From Carcharhinus amblyrhynchos (taxonomy: Eukaryota), in the NCBI GenBank assembly GCA_965287045.1, contig OZ336874.1, positions 48,174,001 to 48,238,000 on the forward strand: a DNA stretch of 64,000 nt, read 5' to 3'. Position numbers and translations under genes: made by a program. Under the pieces are notes generated by a model, which saw only the letters and a list, made by a program, of their open reading frames with translations, did no database searches and was not told the origin of the DNA. Shown in pieces: positions 1-11,572 of the stretch (position 1 is the first letter of the stretch; every line of letters starts with the position of its first letter).

Positions 1-3000
1 TCATCTGTCCCAAAAAAAATCCTGTGTTTTGAACCTATTGCCTCATTTCCAACCTTCAGCTCCTCTTGGGTCCCTCGAACATATTATCTCCAAGATCTGT
101 GTGTTGACCCTGGCGTCCCTCCCCATTTTGTGTGGCTGATCTTTGAGGATGTCACTGTGACTTCTATATGCATGATGACACCAAGCTCCACCTGTCCTAA
201 TCCATCCACTGCACATGTATTGCCGGACTGGTTATTTGCCTGGATGAGCTGTGTTTTCTTTCAGTTAAGCACTGGGAATATTAAAGCTCTCACCCTTGAA
301 TCCATCTTTATCCCTGACCACGGACAGTGACCCAAAAGCATTTGCAGCCTTACCATTCTATTCGTTTGCAAGCTGCATTTCCTGCCACAATGCTCTTCAT
401 CAACGACAACATATTTCCACTCCTTCTGTAACATTGCCTACCTTCCACCATCTGCTGCTAAAGCTTTCATCTCGGCCTTTGTTACCTTCAGGCACCACTG
501 TTGCAGGAGGATAATTGATCTGCATTTAAGAATGTTATTGGATTGAGGTAGCGATGATTTTAAAAATGTTGAAAGCACAAGAATCAAACATCTGTCACTG
601 TCTTGCATTGATAGTAACAACATTTAACTTGCTGTGTTGGTATATCCACTGTCTCCCTGCTCACCTGACACATCTGCGCGATCAATCCTGAGTCCTAAAA
701 TGCTGTGGTGTTCTCCTGATCTCCTCCCTCCACCTTGGCAGGAGACTGGTGAAGATCCCGGAGAAAGAGGTTAAATAGATAAAAATGGCCTTTCACACCT
801 TTTTTTTTCTGTGGTTTCCACGAAAGGAGATTTTTGGCAGTACCCTGCAGAATTTCAGGGCCAAAATCTGTAAACGATCAACACAATGTGAACTTGAATT
901 TGAAAAAGCCCCATTCTGATGGAAAATTAACTCTTTTAATAGGCCTTTAAAAAAATAGCTTGATGTTGAAATGTCACTAGCTTTTCATGTTCTTGGAGAA
1001 GGATCAAGTCTATTGGGAATACTTTTTGCTTTTTTTAAAAGCTGAGTGATTAAAGACGTATTTTTTTTTCATCATGGTGTCAAGGAAAGATAATGAATAC
1101 AAGTTCTGTAAAACCATTAGCTGGATAGCCAGATGCAGTTAGATGCCCAGCAATCTGGCTTCCGCACATTGCTGACTGGAATTAATAAACCTTATGTTTT
1201 AGCTTGTCACAGTGCAATATATGAGTGTTTCTGGGTCTTGTGGCATTTAGAGTAGAACCTCCGAAACAAGAAATTTGGAAAAGAGTTTTGAAAACTGTGA
1301 TTTGGAGTTTTTCTGATTTTGGGTCACTATTGCTGGAGATGCCAACAATGGAGATGTTTCCTAGTTCAAATCATCATCATTTTTGCTTCATCTCTGCCCA
1401 GACTTCAATCTCCAGTCAAGCTTTTTGCAGTGGGATTAAAACTGATGCGAGTTCCTCTTAGTTCTTAAATCTGTTTTCAAAGAAGTTCATTTTCTGCTAA
1501 ACTTCCTGTGCCTGCACACTGCTGTAGGTTTATCAGTGGATGGAGGCTATCCATTATGATCTGAGAATTAAGAATATTTAATAGCTGAATTTATTTTCCA
1601 TTTGGTCCTTAATTTTCATCACTTCTTTGGTTTTTTAAATGTTCCCGTTGGAGATATGGGTGCCAGATTTTCAGTTGCTGCAATTATAATGTTGAAAATG
1701 AACATTCCAGGGAGAATTATTCTTTGTGTTACTTGAAGGATGGCAAAGTCCACACCAATAGATAACAGGCATATTCATGTTGGAATATTGCCGTTGGCTC
1801 CAGTTCAGTAGGGAATCAGTGGCAGAGTGGTGCCATATTCTAGAACCTGACCTCAAACTAACCTACATCACTGCAGTGGTATTGCCAGCGATTGTCAGGG
1901 TCATGTCAATCCCAAATATTTAAGCAGCTGAATTAGCTGTTGGAGAGTTAGTGCAGACTTGATGGGCTGAGTGGCTTTTTTCTGCACTGTGGCGATTCTA
2001 ATTCTAACATCAACAAAATGTTTCAGGTGTGATGACCTTTAAATAACTGGTTTCCTTTACAATCAACCTGGAGTTCTTTCATGTTCTGCCTCCCACTTTG
2101 TCAAACTCAACCGTGAAAACCTAGCTGAATAACTAAGATCCTCCCTGAAGGTCTTGCCTTTCATGTAAATAAACTGCTGGCAACTCTCTTGTGCCTGCAT
2201 CTCAGCACCAAGACCAGAAAATATAAGCTAGAACATGAACAGCTCAGTGGAAATGGTCTGTACGATTGAATCAGCTGCTACCACCCACTCTCAAGGTTCA
2301 GACTTGAAGAATGACCGCTTTGATGTGGTATTGAGGGTTACCAGCACCTGTGGAGGTGTAATCCAGCACAAATCATCTCCTGACATTGATGCAAGAGTGG
2401 TTGTGGTGAGCAGAAAATACAAAAGCACAAGAAATAAGAGCAGGAGTAGACCATATTGCGAGTTCCATTATTCAGCGTGTGACCATGGCTGATTGTGGGC
2501 TTCAATTCAATTGAAGGAGTTGCTTGCTCCCTATATTCCTTAATTCCCTCAGAGACCAAAAAAATTGTTTATCCCGGCTTTAAATGTCGTCAATAATGAA
2601 TCTTCCACAATCCTCTGGAGTAGAGAATTCATTTCACTGTCCTTAGAATGAAGTAACTTCTCATCTCATCCGAAATGACCGACTCCTTATCCTAAGAGTG
2701 TGTGTGTCCCCAGCCGCCCTGTCCACCCTATCAAGCGGCTTCAGAATATTGTAGGTTTCAGTGAGATTGCCTCCAATTTTTTTTAAATTCCGGAGTCTGT
2801 AAGTGCTCTGTATTTTTTTGCTTCTCATTACAGAACAACTCCCTCATCCCAGAGACCAGTGAAGCTTCTCTGTACTATTTCCAATGCTAGTATATCCTTT
2901 CTTAAATATAGAGACCAGTACTGACACTGTTTTCCAGATGTGGTCTCTCAAATAATCTGCACAATTACAACACTACTTTATCTTGTGTTCCAACCCTTTT

Positions 3001-3483
3001 ACAACATGGCATTTGACCTTCTGATTGCTTGCTGCATTTGCATGCTAACTTTCTGCTATCCTTGTATGAGCACACTCAAGTTGCTGTGGACATCGATGCT
3101 TACATATTTCTCAAAATGTAATCTGCTTTTCCATTCTTATGACCAAAGTGACTAATTTCACACTTCACATATGTTATACTCACCTCCCATCTTGTTGCCC
3201 ACCCAGTTAACCTACCTATATCTTTTTGTGACCTCCCATAAACAGTTTACCTTTCCACCTTGCTTGGTATCATCAAAAAGCTTTGATACATTGCTCTATC
3301 TCTTCATCCAAGTCATTAACATACTCGATAGGTCGAATGGCCGCCTTCTGCACTGTAGGTTTCTATGGTAGATTGTAAATAACTGAGGCGCCAACACTGA
3401 TCCTTGAGGCATTCCACTATTTACTGCCTGCCAACATGAACAAGCCCTGACTATGACCACACTCTATCCATTATAAAATATTA

Positions 3484-3509
3484 CCCCCCCCCCCCCCCCC
3501 CCCCCCCCC
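3484..3509. repeat. Poly(C) run, 26 nt
   Basis: Directly visible. Similar runs at 36693-36711 (C) and about 48590-48614 (G, with one interruption). Confidence 0.95.
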
Positions 3510-3529
3510 AAAAACAGATTTGCAACATT

Positions 3530-3891
3530 GGGTGGCACGGTGACACAGTGGTTCGTACTGTTGCCTCACAGCTCCCAGGACCCAGGTTCAATTCCGGCAT
3601 TGGGTGACTGTCTGTGTGGAGTCTGCATGTTCTCTCCATGCCTGAGAGGATTTCCTCTGGGTGCTCTGGTTTCTTCCCACTGTCCAAAGATGTGCAGGTT
3701 AGGTGGATTGGATTGGCCATGCTAAATTACCTCTTATTGTCCAAAGATTTGTAGGTTAGGGGGATTAAGAGGGTAAAGGTGCAGGGTTACAGAGTTGGGA
3801 TAGAGGGGTGGGCCTGGATAAGACAGTTTGTCAGTGAGTTGGTGCAGACTTGATGGGCTGAATGTGCAGACGGAAACCAGTAGGGATTCTA
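3530..3891 (+). mobile_element. tRNA-derived V-SINE (HE1-like) with CR1-type tail
   Basis: A box (gtgacacagtgg), B box (ggttcaattcc), V-domain core (gtggagtctgcatgttctctccatg...tttcttcccac) and tail ggtgcagacttgatgggctgaa...ggattcta. Confidence 0.88.
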
Positions 3892-5074
3892 CAAAAAAAA
3901 TCCATGAGTTTTTATCTTGCCTTTTAACCTTTTGTTTGGCACGTTATCAAATGCTTTTTTTGAAATCTTTATTTACCCAACAAGTGAAATCCTTATTTAT
4001 CCAACAAGTTAAATCCTCAAGAACTCTGATAAGCTGTTCAAACAAGATTTCCTTTCAGTAGAACAATGTTGACTTGTCCTAATCATATTATGCTTTTTTA
4101 ATTGTATTGCGAAGACTTCCTTAATAATAGCTTCCAGGATTTCCTTATTTTCACTGTTTCTTCTCTCCCTCCTTTCTTGGCAAAAAGTGTAACATTTGCC
4201 AATTTCCAATTTAATAAGATCAATCCTGAATGTAAGGAATTTTGGAAAGATATAGCCAGCACATCCAAATCTGCAGCTATCTCTTTTGGAATCCTAGGGT
4301 GTAGGCCACCAGATCCTGGGGATCTGTTAGACTTTAGTGCCTTAATTTTCTCTAATACTTTCTCTCTGCTGATATTAGTTTCCTCACTCCCTTAGCCCCC
4401 AGGCTCCTGCTTATTTCTGATGTAAAACCTGAAGCTGGTATGAATTTCCTGTGCAGATAGACAGCAAAATATATGTTCAGCATTTCTGCCTCTTCCTCAT
4501 GCCCCAGGATAATTTCTTCAGTCTCTGCTGATAAGGGATTGGTGTGTACTTTATCTACTCTCTTCCTTTTAATACATTTAAAAGCTCTTACAATCTTTTT
4601 TTATTTCTGGCAAGTTTACTCTCTCATTCTATTTTTTCCCTTTTCATCAAGTTTTTGGTAGCCCCCTGGCTTCTAAAACACTCCCAATTCTCTTTGCGAT
4701 ATTTTAAGTCTCTTCTTTTATTCTAATATTGTATTTACTGTCCTGAATGAGCCACAGATGGATCTTTCTTTTGAGTTCTTGTTTTTTTTACTGAATATAT
4801 TTTTATTGAACATTTTGTATTGTTTCTTTAAATGTTTCCAACTGTTCATTTACCTCCATATCATTTAGTCTGTTTGCCCGGTTAATCGTAACCAGTTTTC
4901 CCCCTCATACTTTTTAACATAATTGGCTTTGTTTAAGTCAAATATTCTTGTTAGCTGTTAAAGTGTGTCACTTTCAAACTTAATATGGAATTCAATGGTT
5001 TTATGATCATTATATCTCAATTGATCATTTACTACAACATTACTAATTAACTCTGCTTTCATACCACAATCCAC

Positions 5075-5560
5075 TTTGCTCCCTCCATCTTTGAACATGG
5101 TGCTATGGCACATCCATCTTGTAGTCCTCTTTATCAAGGTAGTAAACACCTTGTACCTGTCAAAGTCAGGAGTTGAGGCTCCTCCATTACTGCATGCTGA
5201 TTTCCCCATATCTGCCTAATTTGCAGTCGTATCCTCCTGTCCCTGATTATAGACCAATTCTAAGTTTCTACTTAACCTAAGGGGTGCAACTTCCAAAAAA
5301 GTGTCCAGGTAACTCTTCCACCCCCCAACCCCCCCTTAAAGTTTCGCAGTTGTCCACATCTCAGACTCCAGCTCAGTATACCTGAGTTGAAGTTGCCTGA
5401 GCTGCACACACTTATTGCAGATATGTTTGTCTGGGATCATGGTGTATTGCCCAGATTCCCATATATTGCAAGTCATGGCGTACCACCAGCCCTGCCCAAC
5501 TGTATTAATTTAATTGTTAGTAACTTACACAGCTAACGTTATAGAACATTGCACTCACCT
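5075..5560 (-). pseudogene. CR1 ORF1 N-terminal remnant (zinc-finger/leucine-zipper region)
   Basis: My manual translation of 5500->5342 gives ...CNIWESGQYTMIPDKHICNKCVQLRQLQLRYTELESE. This fits the CR1 ORF1p pattern (C..WE...P....CxKCxQL..L..R..ELE.E). It is adjacent to and co-oriented with the CR1 at 2425-5070. Confidence 0.7.
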
Positions 5561-6384
5561 AGCTTGGACACAAAGGAAGAAAACTCCCAACTACTGGAGG
5601 ATGAAAAAAAAATATAAAAGGGAGAATCTCTTTGCTTCCCTGTACTGAATTTTCACCTGAACACACTCTGCCTCCATCTCACTCTGGCGTAATCTCCTCT
5701 CCGTGCATCCCAGTACTCTGCCTGTGCCGTTTTAGAAGCTGCAGCAAACTTCTAGTGCCAAAAGCATAAGGAAATAATGCACCACTAGAATGTGTCTACA
5801 TTTCATTCCAAAATGTACACTAAAGGAAAAGACACAGTAGTTTTGTACAATGTTTGACTCCTTTTCACCCTTTATTAATCAGACATGACTGCTGTGTGTC
5901 AAGTTCTGCAGCATATAATTAGGTTAATTTAATGCCTGCAGCCAATTGCACATTTTTCCATCATGTGTCCGTGGTCTGAGTACATGCCAGTATGGTTTAG
6001 CTCGAGTTGTTCTCTGAGCAATGGAGCTTGACTGCTTCAGCAAAGGTAGAACTCCAGCTTTTAGATGTGTGGATGAATACAGTTGTTTAAGTTTTTTTCA
6101 CTGATTACAAGTTGAAATAGTTTTTGGAATCTTCATAATTAATAAACTCAAGCTTTTCCCCCAGTTTGTCAATTAATTTACAACTTTTAAAGATTTTGTT
6201 TGTAACCTTGGTTTGGCTTCTACAGTGTGGACGAACCACATAGTTATACTAAATAATTTATAATTTGCATTGCTCAATTTTCTTGTTGAAGGTAATGACC
6301 TTTGCTTAGAGCAGTCTTATGTGTTCCAAAAATGTTGACTTTCTGATTTATGGTGAGGTTGGATGTGGGGATCTGGCAATGATG

Positions 6385-6469
6385 AATTCCTCACAACACC
6401 AGGTTAAAGTCCAACCACTTCATTTGATAATAAACCCACAAGCTTTCGGAAATGCTGTTCCTTCAACGT
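6385..6469 (-). mobile_element. Short Penelope-like (family A) terminal fragment
   Basis: tcacaacaccaggttaaagtccaac...agctttcgga matches the arms of 8391-9033. Flanked by the direct repeat aatgatg (6378-6384 and 6470-6476). Confidence 0.75.
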
Positions 6470-6878
6470 AATGATGGATGGAACAGCTGAACTCAACCAC
6501 CTCCTCATCTGGCAGTGATTTGTGCACTTTTCCAGCGAGGGTAATGTATTGATGATCAGGAAATAAAGGCATGATTGATATTTTGTCTCCTTTTGCCCAA
6601 GATCTGTAAGGCCCATCTTCTATCTACCAGTGCACTAGCTGAGTTCACTTAGCACAAACACTGGATCCTTCCTGGTCAGTATTGTACCATTTTAGTATTT
6701 TATCTTTGACGTAAACATGACTCTCCATCTTTTTCATAATATAGCTGTCTGTTTCTGTGAGGTTAAAATAAAATTATTTTCCATGCTCCACAAGCATGCA
6801 AAAGGAATTGAGACTGGATCTGCAAGGATAGTGCCAGTTTGTACCTGCATTTTTAATTAATTCACAGGATAAAAAAAC

Positions 6879-8350
6879 AAGAACATAGAACAGTACAGCA
6901 CATTACAGGCCCTTCGGCCCTCAATGTTGTGCCGAGCTATGTCCTAATCCAAGATCAAGCTATCCCACTCCCTATCATTCTGGTGTCCTCCATGTGCCCA
7001 CCCAATAACCGCTTGAAAGTTCCTAAAGTGTCCAACTCCACTATCACAGCAAGCAGTGCATTCCACCCCCCAACCACTCTGAGTGAAGGATCTACCTATC
7101 TATCCCCTCATCATCTTATAAACCTCTTGTAAGTCGCCTCTCATCCTCCTCTGCTCTAAACAGAAAAGCCCCAGCTCCCTCAACCTTTCGTCATAAGACT
7201 TACCCTCCAAACCAGGCAGCATCCTACTAAGTCTCTCTGCACTCTCTCCATTGCTTCCACATCCTTCATATAGTGAGGTAACCAGAACTGCACACAATAT
7301 TACAAATGTGGTCTCACCAACATCCGGTATAGTTGCAGCATAACCCCACGGCTCTTAAACTCAAGCCCCCTGTTAATTAATGCTGACACCCTATAAGCCG
7401 CCTTTATGGCTCTATCCACTTGAGTGGCAACCTTCAGAGATCTGTGGGTATGAATCCCAAGATCTCGCTGTTCCCCCACATTCCTCACAACCCCGCCGTT
7501 GATCCTGTAATCCACATTCAAGTTTGTCCCACCAAAATTAATCACCTCGCACTTATCAGGGTTAAACTCCAAACTCCATCTGTGACTTTTCGGCCCAGCT
7601 CTGCATCCTATCAATGTCACTTTGCAGCTTGCAAGAGCCCTCCACCTCATCCACTACTCCACCAATCTTGGTGTCATCAGCAGATTTACTAATCCACCCT
7701 TCAGCCCCCTCTTCCAAGTCATTGATAAAAATCACAAATAGCAGAGGACCCAGCACTAATCCCTGTGGTACATGGTGGTAACTGGCCTCCAGTCTGAAAA
7801 TTTTCCCTCCACCACCTCTGTCTTCTACGAGACAGCCAGTTACTTATCCAATTGGCCAAATTTCCTCCTATCCCACACCTCCTCACTTTCTTCATGAGCC
7901 TACCATGGGGAACCTTATCAAATGCCTTACTAAGATCCATGTATATGACATCAACGACTCTACCTCCGTCTACACACTTAGTTACCTCCTCAAAGAATTC
8001 AGTCAAATTTGTGAGGCAGGACTTACCCCTCACAAAATTGTGCTGACTATCCCAGATTAAACTGCATCTTTCCAAATGGTCATAAATCCTATCTTTCAGG
8101 ACCCTTTCCATTAACTTATCGACTACCGAAGTAAGACTAACTGGCCTGTAATTACCAGGGTCATTCCAATTTCCTTTCTTGAAGAAAGGAATAACATTCA
8201 CCACTCACTAGTCCTCTGGCACAATCCCCATGGATAGTGAGGACCCAAAGATCAAAGCTTGAAGCTCTGCAGTCTCATCTCTTGCCTTCCAGAGTATCTT
8301 AGGATGTATCCCTCCTGGCACAGGGGACTCATCGACTCTCAGGTTTTTCA
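6879..8350 (-). mobile_element. 5'-truncated CR1 LINE with frameshifted RT domain
   Basis: ORF pieces at 7719-8204, 7562-7756, 7300-7650 and 7100-7297 contain [38 protein letters not shown] and SADDTK. The 3' tail reads gaacatagaacagtacagc on the + strand. Confidence 0.95.
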
Positions 8351-8390
8351 AAAAAAATGTGTGCATTGCTGCCATGGCCAGTACTTATTG

Positions 8391-9033
8391 ACGTGGAGAT
8401 GCTGGCATTGGACTGGGGTAAACACAGTAAGAAGTCTCACAACACCAGGTTAAAGTCCAACAGATTTATTTGGTAGCAAAAGCCACTAGCTTTTGGAGCT
8501 TTGCTCCTTCATCAGGTGAGTGGGATTTCAATTCACAAACAGGGCATATAAAAACACAAACTCAATTTACAAAATAATGGTTGGAACACAAGTCTTTACA
8601 GGTAATCAAGTCTTAAAGGTACAGACAGTGTGAGTGGAGTGAGGGTTAAGTACAGGTTAAAGAGATGTGAATTGTCTCCGGCCAGGACAGTTAGTGAATA
8701 ATGTTCATGTCACAGTATCTGTAACCCCCGTGACTTGCCTGGGCTTGCAAAATCTCACCTAACTGTCCTGGCTGGAGACAATACACGTCTTTTTAACCTG
8801 TGCTTAACAATCTCTCCACTCACATTGTCTGTACCTTTAAAATTTGATTACCTGTAAAGACTTGCATTCCAACCATTATTTTGTAAATTGAGTTTGTGTC
8901 TTTATATCCCCTGTCTGTGAACTGAAATCCCACTCACCTGCTGAAGGAGCAGTGCTCCGAAAGCTAGTGGCTTTTGCTACCAAATAAACCTGTTGGACTT
9001 TAACCTGGTGTTGTGAGACTTCTCACTGTGCAC
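8391..9033. mobile_element. Penelope-like element (family A) with ~275-bp inverted arms and hammerhead-like motifs
   Basis: Left arm ~8423-8697 is the reverse complement of right arm ~8755-9030. A ~30-nt unpaired extension lies at 8391-8422. The spacer encodes FMSQYL* (8704-8724), resembling a Penelope ORF C-terminus. TSD tacttattg at 8382-8390 and 9034-9042. Confidence 0.85.
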
Positions 9034-9804
9034 TACTTATTGCCCGTGCCTAATAATAGTTTTGTGGCCACGACTATGGTGCCAGTAGCCATCTCCAATC
9101 CAATGGTTTCTTGCTGCATCTAATTTTGACCTGAACACACCCTCATGTTGGCAAAGATATCTTTGTCCTGGATATCCATCTGGATATTGAGTTAACTGCA
9201 GTTTCCATTGAGATGCCAACAGTAACCCTAAGGTTGATCCTACCATCTATTTCAAACATTCTGATGATGTCCTTGAAGCAGGAGCCTTGTTGCTCACAGT
9301 AGAGCTTGTTGCCAGCTCTACCCTCTGGGATTATTGCAAGGTCAGTCCTTGAGGGTGCCTGACCTGAAACTTGTGTGTCTACAGGAACATGTAGAAGGAG
9401 TAAAGTAGTGAAGAGGGAAGACTGATTCTCAACATCTGAGGTGCTGCTGATATGTACTCGTAAGCACTGAGGTCTGCTTGTACGCTCACTGTATGTAGAA
9501 CAGGATTATGTAGGAGGGAAGTGCCTTTGATACTGAAAACCTGTACACCAGATGTGCCTTAGGCTTATTAAGGACTCCAAAAACTTGTTAATGAGGTCCT
9601 TGTGCCACATGCAAGTTTCAATACCTCAGCAATGCTGATGGACTTCAGAACCCAGATAAAATAGTACTAGATGGTTGGCTGTAGTTGAAGAGGGGGAAGG
9701 ATAGGTGGTTTTGTCAACTGTTTAATTGTTTATTTCATGGTGTCTTTAAGTTCAGTTATTCACAACTTCCTAAAGCTGCACTGCACCTATCATACCTCCA
9801 CAAA

Positions 9805-10530
9805 GACAAAAAAAGCTGGAAAATCTCAGCAGGTCTGCCAATGCCTGTGGAGTTAGAATCGAGCTAATGTTTCAAGTCTGGATGACTCGTCATCAGAGTT
9901 GACTTGAAATGTTTGCCCTATTCTGGTCATCCAGACTTGAAACTTTGGTTGTATTCCCTGTTGATGCTGTCTTAGAGGTTTACAGCGTGGAAACAGGCCC
10001 TTCAGCCCAACTTGTCCATGCCACCTTTTTTGTTAAAACCGTGTAAACTAATCCCAATTGCCCGCATTTGGCCCATATCCCTCTATAGCCATCACACCCA
10101 TGTAACTATCTAAGTACTTTTTAAAAGATAAAATTGTACCCGCCTCTACTACTACTTCTGGTAGTTTGTTCCAGACACTCACCACCCTCTCTGTGAAAAA
10201 ATTGCCCCTCTGGACACTTTTGTATCTCTCCCCACTCACCTTAAACCTATGCCCTCTAGTTTTAGACTCCCCTACCTTTGGGAGAAGATATTGACTATCT
10301 ACCTTGTCTATGCCCCTCGTTATTTTATAGACCTCTATAAGGTCACCACTCAGCCTCCTACACTCTAGAGAAAAACATCCCAGTCAGTTCAGCCTCTCCT
10401 TATAACTCAATCCATCAAGTCCCTGTAGCATCCTAGTAAATCTCTTCTGCACTCTGTCAAGACCTGCTGAAATTTTCCAGCATTCTGCTTTTATTTCAGA
10501 TTCCAACATCTGCAGTAATCTGCTTTTAAC
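9805..10530. mobile_element. Palindromic Penelope-like element (family B), split by a CR1 insertion
   Basis: gctggaaaatctcagcaggtct (~9815) pairs with agacctgctgaaattttccagc (~10460). Minus-strand hammerhead-like core at 9862-9900. Confidence 0.75.
9972..10455 (-). mobile_element. CR1 LINE 3' fragment
   Basis: ORF 10048-10239 (RGNFFTERVVSVWNKLPEVVVEAGT...FKKYLDSYM) is the CR1 ORF2 C-terminus. Tail tttacagcgtggaaacaggcccttc. Confidence 0.93.
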
Positions 10531-11084
10531 ATATATACCTATTTGTATTAGCCAAGGGAACTATAATTGAACTCCACCTGCAAGTATTCCTGAGCCCACC
10601 TCTTTATCTGCTTATTCTAGAAGGAAAGATCTGAGAAGGCTTCAGTATCCAATTTGATTGCCACGTGATGTGGCTGACACAACTGTACCACAACTGTACT
10701 GACTTTTGCCACCATGCAAGTAGAGAAGTGGAGGATCCTGACCATAATTAATCTTTAGTGAGTCTGTGAATATACACCATGCAGGTATCTTGTGTTCGAT
10801 GAGTTCTTGGTCATGATACGTCTGGGTTGTATCATGAAATGTGGCAAGCGACATACAGATTCCCTTCTTGGAGCTTCAAGGTTCATCCATTGCTTCAGTG
10901 AGGCTGCTGCCCCTGCCTCGCCGTGAGAAAAGTGGACACTTGCCCTAACTATTCAAACAATGAATAGTTCCTGGGATTGAGTGCATGATCGTGGTGCAGG
11001 CTGGAATGTCCATCCTGTTGTGGTGTGCTGACTTTACAAGTTGCATGTATTTTGTACATCTGTAATGGATAGTAGTTCTGATAT

Positions 11085-11572
11085 GAGGCTGATACCGGAG
11101 TTGAGGGGATTGAGCTATGAGGAGAGGCTGAATAAACTAGGCTTGTACTCGTTAGAGTTTAGAAGAATGAGGGGAGATCTCATTGAGACGTATAAGATGA
11201 TGAATGGGATGGATAGGATAGAGGTGGAGAGACTCTTCCCGCTCAAAAAAGACAGTAGGACTAGGGGGCACAGCCTCAAGATAAAGGGGAGGCAGTTTGG
11301 AACGGAGTTGAGGAGGAACTTCTTCACTCAAAGGGTGGTGAATCTCTGGAATTCTCTGCCCGTTGAAGTGGTGGAGGCTGCCTCGCTAAATATTTTTAAG
11401 AAGCGGGTTGATGGGTTCTTGATAAGAGAGGGGATTAAGGGTTATGGGGAGAGGGCGGGAAAGTGGAACTGAGCCACGACAGATCAGCCATGATCTTATT
11501 GAATGGCGGGGCAGGCTCGAAGGGCTAGATGGCCTACTCCTGCTCCTATTTCTTATGTTCTTATGTTCTTAT
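11085..11572 (+). mobile_element. Young CR1 LINE 3' fragment
   Basis: Uninterrupted ORF2 C-terminus RLIPELRGLSYEERL...GERAGKWN* and (ttcttatg)n tail. Nearly identical to ~40878-41361 and to the reverse complement of 22682-23170. Confidence 0.97.

Larger units (their letters stand above)
2425..5070 (-). mobile_element. Decayed CR1 LINE: 3' tail and ORF2 remnants, internally deleted, interrupted by the SINE at 3530-3891
   Basis: Begins with the reverse complement of a CR1 3' tail (aagaaataagagcaggagtagaccat...). Minus-strand ORF fragments resemble CR1 ORF2 (ILEAIIKEVFAIQLKKHNMIRTSQH; ELISNVVVNDQLRYNDHKTIEFHIKFE, like the endonuclease C-terminus). Many stops and frameshifts. Confidence 0.8.

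Noticed and set aside
3530-3600. tRNA genes at SINE heads
   Set aside because: The A and B boxes run directly into the V-SINE core and no complete cloverleaf is evident.
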